From Alphaproteobacteria bacterium (GTDB taxonomy: Bacteria; Pseudomonadota; Alphaproteobacteria; GCA-2731375), in assembly GCA_965232515.1 (NCBI GenBank), contig CBDDPY010000002.1, positions 5,952,001 through 6,016,000 of the forward strand: a stretch of DNA of 64,000 nt. Direction: 5' to 3'. The notes under the pieces are model-generated. The model was not told where the DNA came from and did not search any database. It saw only the letters and a list, made by a program, of their open reading frames with translations. Of this stretch, positions 10,028 to 19,067 are shown one piece after another (position 1 is the stretch's first letter; the number at the start of each line of letters is the position of its first letter). The position numbers and the translations under genes were made by a program.

Positions 10028-10097
10028 TTGTGCAGCGCAAAATTGATCCTTGAAATCGGTTGTTAATTGCGGACATCAAACATGTGCGCTGCAACAT
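10028..10097 (+). promoter_or_regulatory. Two PhaR/AniA-like boxes (TGC-N3-GCA)
   Basis: TTGTGCAGCGCAAAA (10028-10042) and ATGTGCGCTGCAACAT (10082-10097) in the AT-rich region upstream of the patatin gene. Confidence 0.6.
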
Positions 10098-10148
10098 TTC
10101 CGTCGGCCGCGGCAGCGCGGGCCACGTGTCGTGAGTTTTCTCGAGCCT

Positions 10149-11267
10149 ATGTCCATGTCAGTCGCGCGCCAACATGCGAACAGCGTTCGGACGTCCTTTC
10201 GCGCCATCGCCGGCCCGCTGTCGTGGATCGGCCGGCGCGGCCGGGCAGCGCCGACACCGATCAATCTGGCCTTGCAGGGCGGCGGCGCGCACGGCGCCTT
10301 CACCTGGGGCGTGCTGGACCGGCTGCTGGAGGACGGCCGGCTGCGCTTCGACGCGGTGAGCGGCGCCAGCGCCGGGGCCATGAACGCGGTAGTGATGGCC
10401 TCGGGTCTGGCCGAGGGCGGGCCGGACGCGGCGCGGGCCAAGCTGGACGCATTCTGGGAAGCGATCAGCGATGCCGGCCGGGCGACGCCATTCGCGCTCG
10501 CCGGCCTGTGGCAGACCGGCATGATGGCGGGCGCCTTGGAACCCATGCGCCGGGCCGCCATGGATGTCGCCAGCCGGCTGGTCTCGCCCTATCAGTTCAA
10601 TCCGGCGAACCGGAATCCGCTGCGCGATGTGCTGGCCTCGCTGGTCGACGTCAAACGCCTGCGGCGGGACCTGCCGATCGAGCTCTATATCTCGGCGACC
10701 GATGTCGCGACCGGCCGGGCGCGGGTGTTCGAGACGCGCGAGCTGTCGCTGGACGCGGTGCTGGCGTCGGCCTGCCTGCCGCAATTGCAGCAGGCCGTGA
10801 AGGTCGGCCGGCGACACTATTGGGACGGCGGCTTCACCAGCAACCCGCCGATCCTGCCGCTGGTGCACGGCGGACATGCCCGCGACAGCCTGATCGTGCA
10901 GCTCGATCCCATGCGCGAGGCGGGGCTACCGCAGACGCCGGCGCACATCACCGAGCGGCTGAACAACATCATCTTCAACGCGTCGCTGCGGCAGGAGATC
11001 GCCGCCATCGCGCAGCACCGGACGACGCCGGTGATCGGCCCGTTTACGTTCGGCCGGCAGCGCCGGGCACGGCGGCACCGCTTTCACCACATCGCCGCCG
11101 GCCGGCACACGCGGGGGCTTGGGCCGGGCAGCAAGCTGACGCCGGACTGGGACCTGTTGTGCCTGTTGCGCGACGCCGGCCGCGAGGAGGCCCGCCGCTG
11201 GCTGACGAAGCATCTTGACGCCGTCGGCCGTCGCTCGACGATCGACATCGATGAGACCTTCCTCTAG
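10149..11267 (+). CDS. Patatin-like phospholipase (possible intracellular PHA depolymerase)
   Basis: LALQGGGAHGAFTWG, GASAG, ASACLP, YWDGG. Confidence 0.9.
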   Translation: MSMSVARQHANSVRTSFRAIAGPLSWIGRRGRAAPTPINLALQGGGAHGAFTWGVLDRLLEDGRLRFDAVSGASAGAMNAVVMASGLAEGGPDAARAKLDAFWEAISDAGRATPFALAGLWQTGMMAGALEPMRRAAMDVASRLVSPYQFNPANRNPLRDVLASLVDVKRLRRDLPIELYISATDVATGRARVFETRELSLDAVLASACLPQLQQAVKVGRRHYWDGGFTSNPPILPLVHGGHARDSLIVQLDPMREAGLPQTPAHITERLNNIIFNASLRQEIAAIAQHRTTPVIGPFTFGRQRRARRHRFHHIAAGRHTRGLGPGSKLTPDWDLLCLLRDAGREEARRWLTKHLDAVGRRSTIDIDETFL

Positions 11268-11280
11268 GCCAAAGGGGTTG

Positions 11281-11372
11281 AACCACAGAGAGCACAGAGC
11301 ACACAGAGAAGGTTCGTTGGGCGCAAACCGCCCGAAACGAACAACTCTGTGTGCTCTGTGTCCTCTGTGGTT
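11281..11372. repeat. (CACAGAG)n inverted-repeat element, copy 2
   Basis: AAC(CACAGAGNN)x3, hairpin TTCGTTGGGCG-CAAAC-CGCCCGAAACGAA, (CTCTGTGNN)x3. Confidence 0.9.
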
Positions 11373-11386
11373 TCCTGATTCCCGGC

Positions 11387-12295
11387 CTATGCGTTTTCCT
11401 TGAGGCGGGATTCGCGGATGCCGATATAGGCGACGCCGGCGAAGATCATGGCACCGCCGAGCCAGGTCCAGAGATCGGGGATCTCGGCCAGCAGGAAGTA
11501 GCCGAACAGCGCCGCCCAGATCAGCTTGCAGAATTCCAGCGGCAGCACGGCCGAGATGTCGGCCTCGCGCAACGACTGGTTCATCAGCGTCTGGGCGATG
11601 GTGCCGAGCACGCCGATGGCGACCAGCCAGACGAGCTGATCCGGTGTCGGCCACTGCCAGAACGGCAACGCGGCGAGACCCGTCAGCGGCGTCAGGAACA
11701 GGATCATATAGGCGGTGATGGTGAAGCTGGAATCCGTCGCCGACAGGCGCTTGATGATCAGCATCGCGCAGGCCCAGATCGCGGACGAGAATACCACCAG
11801 CATCGGCCCCAACGAAATCTCGACCATGCCGGGACGCAGGATGACGAGCGCGCCGATGAAGCCGATGATCAGCGCCGTCCAGCGGCGGAGACGCACGACC
11901 TCGCCCAGGAACAGCATGGCGCCGATGGTGGCGAACAGCGGCGCCGTGAAGGCCAGCGCCGTGACCTGGGCCAGGGGCGCCAGCGTCAGCGAGGTGAAGA
12001 AGGCGAGCATGGCCATGGCGTTGAGCCCGCCGCGCACCGCATGCAGGCGCAGGTTCCGGGTGCGCAGCAGACTGAAGCCGGACTTCATGAACACCGGCAG
12101 GATCACGAACAGGCCGAAGAAGTTGCGGAAGAAGGCGATCTCGAACGGATGCAGGTCGTCGCCGAGCAGCCGGATCGACAGATGCATGGCGATGAAGCAG
12201 ACGGTCGAGACCAGCATGAACAGCATGCCGCGGGTATTGCGCGGCACGCGGTCGTAGCCGGCCCGAAGACGGGCGCCGATCTCGGCGACGGTCAT
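11387..12295 (-). CDS. DMT/EamA family transporter
   Basis: Ten TM helices; FFRNFFG, LGEVVRLRRW, ILRPG motifs. Confidence 0.9.
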   Translation of the reverse strand: MTVAEIGARLRAGYDRVPRNTRGMLFMLVSTVCFIAMHLSIRLLGDDLHPFEIAFFRNFFGLFVILPVFMKSGFSLLRTRNLRLHAVRGGLNAMAMLAFFTSLTLAPLAQVTALAFTAPLFATIGAMLFLGEVVRLRRWTALIIGFIGALVILRPGMVEISLGPMLVVFSSAIWACAMLIIKRLSATDSSFTITAYMILFLTPLTGLAALPFWQWPTPDQLVWLVAIGVLGTIAQTLMNQSLREADISAVLPLEFCKLIWAALFGYFLLAEIPDLWTWLGGAMIFAGVAYIGIRESRLKENA

Positions 12296-12313
12296 TGGCG
12301 CAGATTCTGAAAC

Positions 12314-12339
12314 GGACTCCGGCCTGCGCCGGAGTGACG
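12314..12339. repeat. Single REP-like palindrome
   Basis: GGACTCCGGC-CTGC-GCCGGAGTGACG. Confidence 0.5.
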
Positions 12340-12430
12340 ACAGAATTTGGCGGATGCGTCGGGAAAGGTATTCATGGCAGGCACGGCCGCCTAGGCTAGC
12401 ACGGCGGTCGGGCTGATCGGGAGGCGGGCG

Positions 12431-13432
12431 ATGACGACGATCCTACTGACGCACGCGCCGGCGGCGCTGGCGAACTATTACGGCGACGAGGCGGTGGCCG
12501 GGCTGCGGGCGCTGGGCGATGTGCGGTTGAACGAAACCGGCGCGCCGCTGTCGACGGACGGGTTGATCGCCGCGGCAGACGGCGTCGAGATCATCGTTTC
12601 GGACCGGATCACGGAAGGGCCGGCCGCGGTGTTCGCGCGCCTGCCGAAGCTGGCGGCGTTCGTGCGCTGCGCCGTCGATATCCGCAATGTCGACGTGGCC
12701 GCGGCGTCCGCGCATGGCGTGCTGGTGACGCATGCCAGTCCCGGATTCGTGCAGTCGGTCGCCGAGCTGACGGTCGGCATGATGGTCGATCTGGCGCGTG
12801 GACTAACCGACGTGACGATGGCCTATCGCCGCGGCGAGGCGCCGGCGGCGGCGATGGGGCGGCAGCTCTCGGGCGCGACGCTGGGCGTGATCGGCTATGG
12901 CGCCATCGGCCGCTATCTGGCGGCGCTCGGCCGGGCGTTGGGCATGTCGGTGCTGGTGAGCGACCCGCATGTGACGGTGCACGAGGCCGGCCTGGCGCAG
13001 GTGGCGCTGCCGGACCTGCTGGCGCGCTCGGATTTCGTGGTCTGCCTCGCCGTCGCCAATGCCGAGACCGAGAACCTGATGGACGCCGCGGCCTTCGCCG
13101 CCATGCGGCCCGAGGCCTATTTCGTCAACGTCTCTCGCGGAAACCTGGTGGACGAGGCTGCACTGCTGGCGGCGCTCGATGCGGGCGGCATCGCAGGCGC
13201 CGCGCTGGACGTCGGCAGGGCCCCGGACCAGATGCCGTCGCCGGCGCTGGCGGTGCATCCACGTGTCATCGCGACGCCGCATATCGGCGGCCTGGTGCCC
13301 GAGGCCATCCGCCACCAGGCCATGGAAACGGTGGCCCAGGTCGAGGCGATATCGCAGGGCGAAAAACCGGCCGGCGCGGTGAATTTCGAGGCCGCGAAAC
13401 GGCTTACGTCGGCTTTTTCAAACGCCACCTGA
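12431..13432 (+). CDS. D-isomer specific 2-hydroxyacid dehydrogenase family protein
   Basis: GVIGYGAIG, NVSRG, TPHIGG. Confidence 0.88.
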   Translation: MTTILLTHAPAALANYYGDEAVAGLRALGDVRLNETGAPLSTDGLIAAADGVEIIVSDRITEGPAAVFARLPKLAAFVRCAVDIRNVDVAAASAHGVLVTHASPGFVQSVAELTVGMMVDLARGLTDVTMAYRRGEAPAAAMGRQLSGATLGVIGYGAIGRYLAALGRALGMSVLVSDPHVTVHEAGLAQVALPDLLARSDFVVCLAVANAETENLMDAAAFAAMRPEAYFVNVSRGNLVDEAALLAALDAGGIAGAALDVGRAPDQMPSPALAVHPRVIATPHIGGLVPEAIRHQAMETVAQVEAISQGEKPAGAVNFEAAKRLTSAFSNAT

Positions 13433-13440
13433 CGGGTACC

Positions 13441-13553
13441 AAAAATTGTGAAAATCCTTAACAGGATTCCGCTTTATGAGTGCAACATCGTGTGTAAGAT
13501 TCCGGCAACGAATCAACATATGGTGTATAAAGTTGGGGATAGCCTGTGGATAA
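13441..13553. promoter_or_regulatory. AT-rich region with DnaA boxes and three GANTC sites
   Basis: Perfect TGTGGATAA at 13545-13553; near-boxes TGGGGATAG (13534-13542) and GGTGTATAA (13522-13530); GANTC at 13465, 13498 and 13510. Confidence 0.65.
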
Positions 13554-13578
13554 ATCGAACGCCAAAAAGCCCGGAAAA

Positions 13579-13737
13579 ATGGAACGTTCGAAAGTCGTAA
13601 GTCCGTATTTGTTGCGTCGCCTGCGTTCGGTCGATCAGGTGATCGAGGAACGCCAACGCGGGTCGGCGCAAAGCGTGCGCTGGGAGGCCGCGGGCAACGA
13701 AAATCAGACGCAGAAAGCGAAGCTGCAGAGCCTCTGA
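13579..13737 (+). CDS. Small hypothetical protein (52 aa)
   Basis: MERSKVVSPYLLRRLRSVDQVIEER...; fills the gap after an AT-rich promoter-like region. Confidence 0.5.
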   Translation: MERSKVVSPYLLRRLRSVDQVIEERQRGSAQSVRWEAAGNENQTQKAKLQSL

Positions 13738-13760
13738 AAGCAGTTCGAGGCGGTGGTGTC

Positions 13761-13846
13761 TGGATTGCCGGGTCAAGCCCGGCAATGACAAGTTGTCTCG
13801 GGTACCTGTACCAATCCGTCATGCCCGTGCTCGACACGGGCATCCA
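13761..13846. repeat. REP doublet (REPIN-like), family A
   Basis: TGGATTGCCGGGTCAAGCCCGGCAATGAC-N28-GTCATGCCCGTGCTCGACACGGGCATCCA. Confidence 0.9.
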
Positions 13847-13899
13847 GCGGCATTCATGCCGGCCGATTCGATGAAGGAAAGGCGTGCCGCTCGTCGACG

Positions 13900-14952
13900 T
13901 CAGCCGGCGGGCGGGCGGCCGAAGGCCCTTTCGAAGCGGGCCGCGTAGGCGGGCCAGGCCTCGGGGTTGATCAGGCGCGGCGGGCGCTGGCCGCGAAAAA
14001 CAGTCATCAGTTGTTCGGCCGCGATGACGGCGATGTCGTGGCGCGATTCGCGGGTTATGCCGGCGATGTGCGGGCTGACGATCACGTTGTCGAATTGCAG
14101 GAGCGGGTGATCCGCGGGCGGTGGTTCGACGTCCCAGACGTCGAGGCCGGCGCCGGCGAGACGGCCCGAGGCGAGCGCTTGCGCGAGCGCGGCCTCGTCG
14201 TGGATGCCGCCGCGGGCGGTGGTGATAAAGCGGGCGCCCGGCTTCATGGCGGCAAAGGCCGCGGCATCGATCATGCCGGTGGTCTCTGATGTGCGCGGGC
14301 AGTTGATCGAGACGAAATCCGATTCGGCCAGCAAGGCGGGCAGATCGGTTTTTTCCGCGCCGCGCGCGGCGACCTGCTCGGCCGTCAGGTAGGGATCGAA
14401 GGCCAGGACCCGTATGCCGAACAGGCCGATGCAAAGCTCGGCGATTCGGGCGCCGATATTGCCGAAGCCGACAACGCCGATGGTCTTGCCCTGCAGGTTG
14501 TTGCCGATGAAGACCTCGCGGCTGCCGACCTCGGCCCGGCGCGTGGCCCGGTCGGCGTCGATCAGCCGCTTGGATAGCGTGAGCATCATGGCCAGCACGT
14601 GCTGGGCCACGGCCTCGGCGTTGCCGCCGGCCTGGTTGACGACGAGCACGCCCGCCGCGGTGCAGGCGTCGACATCGACGGTGTCGTAGCCGGCGCCGTA
14701 GGACGAAACCACCAGCAGGTTCGGGCAACGCGCCAGCAGGTCCGACGTGACGTGGTAGGGGAGCGGCAGCTCATCGCGGGCCGACATCACCTGGTAGGCG
14801 TGCGCCGCCGACATGACCTGCCAGTTCTCGGCCTCCGGCGTCGCGAAACTGAGCTTGTCGACGCCGAAATCGCCTGTCTCGCGCAGCATTTCGGCCATCA
14901 CGTCGTGCTGCAGACGCTCGAAATAGAACAGCCGGACTTGCGGTTGGGGCAT
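13900..14952 (-). CDS. Hydroxyacid dehydrogenase (phosphoglycerate dehydrogenase-like)
   Basis: GAGYDTVDV, GVVGFGNIG, TARGG, LDVWDVEPP, SPHIAG. Confidence 0.9.
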   Translation of the reverse strand: MPQPQVRLFYFERLQHDVMAEMLRETGDFGVDKLSFATPEAENWQVMSAAHAYQVMSARDELPLPYHVTSDLLARCPNLLVVSSYGAGYDTVDVDACTAAGVLVVNQAGGNAEAVAQHVLAMMLTLSKRLIDADRATRRAEVGSREVFIGNNLQGKTIGVVGFGNIGARIAELCIGLFGIRVLAFDPYLTAEQVAARGAEKTDLPALLAESDFVSINCPRTSETTGMIDAAAFAAMKPGARFITTARGGIHDEAALAQALASGRLAGAGLDVWDVEPPPADHPLLQFDNVIVSPHIAGITRESRHDIAVIAAEQLMTVFRGQRPPRLINPEAWPAYAARFERAFGRPPAG

Positions 14953-14976
14953 GGGGTTTCGACGTGTTGTGGAGAA

Positions 14977-15996
14977 CTAGTGACGCAGGGTGAGCTTCAT
15001 CATGTCGTAGCGGTCGGCCGAGCGGACATAGACGTCCAAGGTCTGGTCCTCGCGCAGCAGCGTCAGGCGCACGGTGACGCCGGGCGCCCCCAGCGACCAG
15101 ATCGCGCGCAGCATCTGGGCCAGCGTCTCGACCGGCTCGCCGTCGATCTCCATGACGATGTCGCCGACCCGGACGTCGGCCTTCTGGGCCGGGCCGCCGT
15201 TGGCGGTGCCGGCAATCACGAGGTTGTCGTCAATCTCGGTGGTGAACATGCCGAGCCAAGGATGCGGCGGCCGGTTGGCGCGGCCGAAGCTGAGCAGGTC
15301 GGAATAGATCGGCTTCAGCAGGTCGATGGGCACGAACATGTTGCCGTGGCTGATCTGGCCGCCGGGCACCGGGTCCTGCACGAACAGCGAGCCGATGCCG
15401 GCGAGCTTGCCTTCGGCGTCGATCAGCGCCGTGCCGCCCCAGTTCGGGTGCGGTGGCGCGGTGAAGATCGCCTCGTCCAGCATGTATTCCCAATAGCCCG
15501 CGAACTCGCGCTTCGAGACGACGCTGGCGGCAACGGACTGGCTGCGGCCGCCATGGCCGCCGACGACGACGGAATCGCCCTCGCTCAGCTTGGCCGAGCT
15601 GCCGAGGTCGATCGGCTCGATGTTGAGCGGCTCGTCGGCATGCACCATGCCGAAGCCTGTCTCGTAGTCGTAGGCGATGACCTCGGCCGTGGAAATCCGG
15701 TTGGTCTGGCTGGTCAGCGTGATCGTTTCGGCCTCGGCGATCAGATAACCGATGGTCAGCACCATGCCGTTATTGTCGATCAGAACGCCGTTGCCCTCGC
15801 GCTCGGTGCCCAGGATCGGCGCGGTGAAGGTGTCTTCCGGCACTTCCGAGCGCAGGCCGACGACGCTGCCGAGCGCCAGATCGAGATCGAAGTCGACCTC
15901 GTCCGGGTCCGGCTGAACCGCGGGCGTAATGTCCTGCGAGAACAGCGGCGACAGGCTGTGGAGGCGGTAGCCGTTGGCCTGCTTGATCTGATTCAT
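14977..15996 (-). CDS. HtrA/S1C-fold protein with PDZ domain, catalytic residues substituted
   Basis: GNGVLID, LTIGYL, HPNWGGTALID..GKLAGI, C-terminal PDZ (GGPAQKADVRVGDIV). Confidence 0.85.
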   Translation of the reverse strand: MNQIKQANGYRLHSLSPLFSQDITPAVQPDPDEVDFDLDLALGSVVGLRSEVPEDTFTAPILGTEREGNGVLIDNNGMVLTIGYLIAEAETITLTSQTNRISTAEVIAYDYETGFGMVHADEPLNIEPIDLGSSAKLSEGDSVVVGGHGGRSQSVAASVVSKREFAGYWEYMLDEAIFTAPPHPNWGGTALIDAEGKLAGIGSLFVQDPVPGGQISHGNMFVPIDLLKPIYSDLLSFGRANRPPHPWLGMFTTEIDDNLVIAGTANGGPAQKADVRVGDIVMEIDGEPVETLAQMLRAIWSLGAPGVTVRLTLLREDQTLDVYVRSADRYDMMKLTLRH

Positions 15997-16109
15997 GGCG
16001 GTGCCGCGCGCGCATACAAGCGCGTCCAAAGGTGCGAAGGGGTCAGGCTAGCGCGTCACACGGCTTGCCTGCAATTGCGAAGCGTCCGCCGGTCGTCCGG
16101 GCCGCCGGG

Positions 16110-16973
16110 TCAGCCGAAATCATAGAGCCGGGCCGGGTTGTCGACCAGGATCCGGCGCTGCAGGTCGGCGTCGCCGGTGACGTCGAGGAACCAGTCGAAC
16201 AGGTCGCCGTCGTCCGGCATCGGGCCCTTGACCTGGGGGTGCGGCCAGTCGGTGCCCCAGACCAGGCGGTCGGGCGCCGCCTCGATCAGCGCGCGGGCGA
16301 TCGGCGTCGCGGCGGCGAACGGCGCGCCGTTGAAGTCGATCCGATAGGCGCCCGACAGCTTGGCCCAGGCGCGGCCCGACCGCAGCAGGTCGATCAGCGC
16401 GGCAATGCCGGACTGATTGACGCCAGCATGGGCGTCCATTCCGCCCATATGGTCGATGACGACCTCGGTGGGCAGGTCGGCGAGGCGTGGCGCCAGCTCG
16501 GACAACCGGCGGCCGTTGACGTAAGTCTGGATATGCCAGCCGCGGGGCGCGACCCGCGCCGCCACGGTCTCGAGCTGGGTGTCCGGCACGCCGCCGGCCG
16601 ATTCGATGTTGAAACGGGTGCCGCGGAAGCCGGCGGCGTGCAGCCGGTCGAGCTCCGCGTCGGTCACGGTCTCGTCGAGCACGGCGACGCCGCGCGCCAC
16701 GTCGCCCAGGCGCTCGACCGCGTCCAGCGAACAGGCATTGTCGGTGCCATAGACGCTGGGCTGGACGATGACGGCGCGGGTGACGCCGAGCGCGTCCAGC
16801 ATGGCCCGGTAGCTCTCCAGCGACGCGTCCGGCGGCGTATAGCCGCGGGCGCCGCTGTAGGGAAACCTGTCGGCCGGACCGAAGACATGGAAATGGCAGT
16901 CGCAGGCGCCGTCGGGCGCCGTCGCTTTCGGCGGTTTCGTTCGCGCGTGCGGTCCCGGCACGGTGGCGGTCAT
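16110..16973 (-). CDS. Amidohydrolase_2 family (2-pyrone-4,6-dicarboxylate lactonase-like)
   Basis: DCHFHVFGP, VQPSVYGTDN, IDHMG, KLSGAYR, WGTDWPH. Confidence 0.9.
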   Translation of the reverse strand: MTATVPGPHARTKPPKATAPDGACDCHFHVFGPADRFPYSGARGYTPPDASLESYRAMLDALGVTRAVIVQPSVYGTDNACSLDAVERLGDVARGVAVLDETVTDAELDRLHAAGFRGTRFNIESAGGVPDTQLETVAARVAPRGWHIQTYVNGRRLSELAPRLADLPTEVVIDHMGGMDAHAGVNQSGIAALIDLLRSGRAWAKLSGAYRIDFNGAPFAAATPIARALIEAAPDRLVWGTDWPHPQVKGPMPDDGDLFDWFLDVTGDADLQRRILVDNPARLYDFG

Positions 16974-17063
16974 GGCGTCGGGTTCCTCGGGCTGTTCTTT
17001 TGACTTCGACAGGCGCTTGCATATAAGCAGTCCGTTGCCGTTGCCACAATCTCGTCGTCGGCC

Positions 17064-18008
17064 ATGAAAATTCTGCTGATCGCCGTCGCGGTCCCGATCC
17101 TCCTGTTGGGCGGTCTTTACCTCTGGAACCAGTCGCTGGCGCGGGACGCCGAGGCGCGGTTCCCGCCGCTCGGCGGCTTCGCCGAGGTCGAGGGCCTGCG
17201 CCTGCATTATCTCGAGGCCGGCGAAGGCCGGCCGGTGGTGCTGCTGCACGGCGCCAACGGAGCGCTTCAGGACTTCACGGCGACCGTGTTCGACCGGTTG
17301 GCCGAGCGCTACCGCGTCATCGCCGTCGACCGGCCGGGGCACGGCTACAGCGAACGGCCGGCGGACGAGGTGGCGACGCCGGCGGTGCAGGCGCGGCTGG
17401 TGCGCGGCGTGCTGCAAGAGCTCAACGTCGAGCGGCCGCTGCTGGTCGGCTTCTCCTGGAGCGGCTCGCTGGTGCTGAGCTATGCGCTCGCGCATCAGGA
17501 CGAGGTCGCGGGCGTCGTCATGCTGGCCGGCGCCGCCTACGAGTGGCCGTCGCCGATCGACGCGAAATGGCGCATGCCGACCTGGCCGGTGGTGGGCGAC
17601 CTGTTCGTCAACACGCTGTCGCTGGTGCTGGGCCTGCGCGTTGCCGACACCGGCGTCGCGGCGGCCTTCGCGCCCGAGGCGGTGAGCCCCAGCTATGCCG
17701 ATGCGCCGCTGCCGCTGGCGCTCAGGCCGGCGAGCTTTTATGCCAATGCCGAGGACGTGCGGACCATGAAGCCGGTGTTGCGCGAACAGAGCAAACGTTA
17801 CGCGGAGCTGACGCTGCCGATCGTGATCCTGGTCGGCGACGGCGATACCGTGGTCAGCCCGTCGATCCATTCGCAACAGCTGCACGCGGCGGCGCCGAAC
17901 AGCGAGCTGACCGTGCTGCCGGGCGCCGGCCACCTGTTGCCCTATACGCGGCCCGACGCGGTGATCGACGCCATCGACCGGGCCATAATGAAAACCGCAA
18001 TGCCATAA
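17064..18008 (+). CDS. Alpha/beta hydrolase with N-terminal membrane anchor
   Basis: LLHGA, DRPGHGYS, GFSWSG, GDGD, GAGH. Confidence 0.9.
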   Translation: MKILLIAVAVPILLLGGLYLWNQSLARDAEARFPPLGGFAEVEGLRLHYLEAGEGRPVVLLHGANGALQDFTATVFDRLAERYRVIAVDRPGHGYSERPADEVATPAVQARLVRGVLQELNVERPLLVGFSWSGSLVLSYALAHQDEVAGVVMLAGAAYEWPSPIDAKWRMPTWPVVGDLFVNTLSLVLGLRVADTGVAAAFAPEAVSPSYADAPLPLALRPASFYANAEDVRTMKPVLREQSKRYAELTLPIVILVGDGDTVVSPSIHSQQLHAAAPNSELTVLPGAGHLLPYTRPDAVIDAIDRAIMKTAMP

Positions 18009-18029
18009 CGCCATGACGTGGGAGGAACG

Positions 18030-19034
18030 ATGCGTATTCTTGTTGTCGATAAGACCTTTACGGACGACCTGTTGATCGAGCGCGAGGTCGCCGCGCCTGA
18101 CGGCGAGGTCATCTATCACCCCGATCACGAGGCGATCCCCGAGGCCGACTGGCGGTCGGCCGACGGCGTCATCACCTTCCGGCTGCCGCCCTATGTCGAT
18201 TCCAAGTCCGCGTGGCTGGACAAGTGCCGGATCATCGTGCGCGGTGGCGTCGGCTTCGACGGGTTAAGCCTGGAACCGCTGGGCGCGCGGGGCATCGCCG
18301 TCTGCAACGTGCCGGATTACGGCACGACCGAGGTCGCCGATCACGCCATCGGCCTGCTGCTGGCGCTGCGCCGCGGCATCGCCACCTATCACGACGCGCT
18401 CCGGGCCGATCCGGTGGCGGGCTGGACGCATCTCGGCCCGCCCTGCCTTGACCGGCTGCGCGGCCGGCGCTTCGGCATTATCGGCCTCGGCCGCATCGGC
18501 ACGGCGGCGGCGCGCCGAGCCCAGGCCTTCGACATGGCGGTGTCGTTCTACGATCCCGTGCTGCCGGACGGCGTGGATCTGGCCACCGGCTATACGCGGG
18601 TGAATTCGGTCGCCGAGCTGTTCGCGAGCTGCGATGCCGTCAGCCTGCACACGCCCTTGAACGACTCGACGCGGCATATCGTCGATGCGGCCGCGCTGGC
18701 CGAGGCCAAGGAGGGCCTGGTGCTGATCAACACCGCGCGCGGGCCGACCGTCGACATCGACGCGCTCTACGACGCCCTGCGCGACAACCGGGTTGCCGGC
18801 GCCGCCATCGACGTGCTGCCGCAGGAGCCGCCGGCGCCGGACCATCCGTTGATCAAGGCCTATACCGAGCGCGCGGACTGGCTCGCCGGCCGCCTGATCC
18901 TGACGCCGCATGCCGCCTTCTACAGCGAGCCCGGCGTCGCCGACCTGCGCCGCAAGGCGATCTCGACGGTGATGGCCCGCCTGCGCGGCGATGGCCTGCG
19001 CAACTGTGTCAACGCGCGGTACCTGGCGGAATAG
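18030..19034 (+). CDS. CtBP-like 2-hydroxyacid dehydrogenase
   Basis: NVPDYGTTEVADH, GIIGLGRIG, NTARG, DVLPQEPP, TPHAAFYS. Confidence 0.9.
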   Translation: MRILVVDKTFTDDLLIEREVAAPDGEVIYHPDHEAIPEADWRSADGVITFRLPPYVDSKSAWLDKCRIIVRGGVGFDGLSLEPLGARGIAVCNVPDYGTTEVADHAIGLLLALRRGIATYHDALRADPVAGWTHLGPPCLDRLRGRRFGIIGLGRIGTAAARRAQAFDMAVSFYDPVLPDGVDLATGYTRVNSVAELFASCDAVSLHTPLNDSTRHIVDAAALAEAKEGLVLINTARGPTVDIDALYDALRDNRVAGAAIDVLPQEPPAPDHPLIKAYTERADWLAGRLILTPHAAFYSEPGVADLRRKAISTVMARLRGDGLRNCVNARYLAE

Positions 19035-19067
19035 GCGACGGATCGGGCCGAGGGGAGGCGGCGGGGC

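Noticed and set aside
13441-13560. Chromosomal oriC
   Set aside because: Only one perfect DnaA box, a short region, and no dnaA, hemE or parAB context; kept only as a regulatory-site finding.
16110-18128. Very long ORF-track entries (also 55902-57866, 56025-58130, 7447-8928, 26417-28312, 18264-20198) suggesting fusions or antisense genes
   Set aside because: These are high-GC shadow frames or upstream extensions over real genes; the true starts have RBSs and family-typical N-termini.
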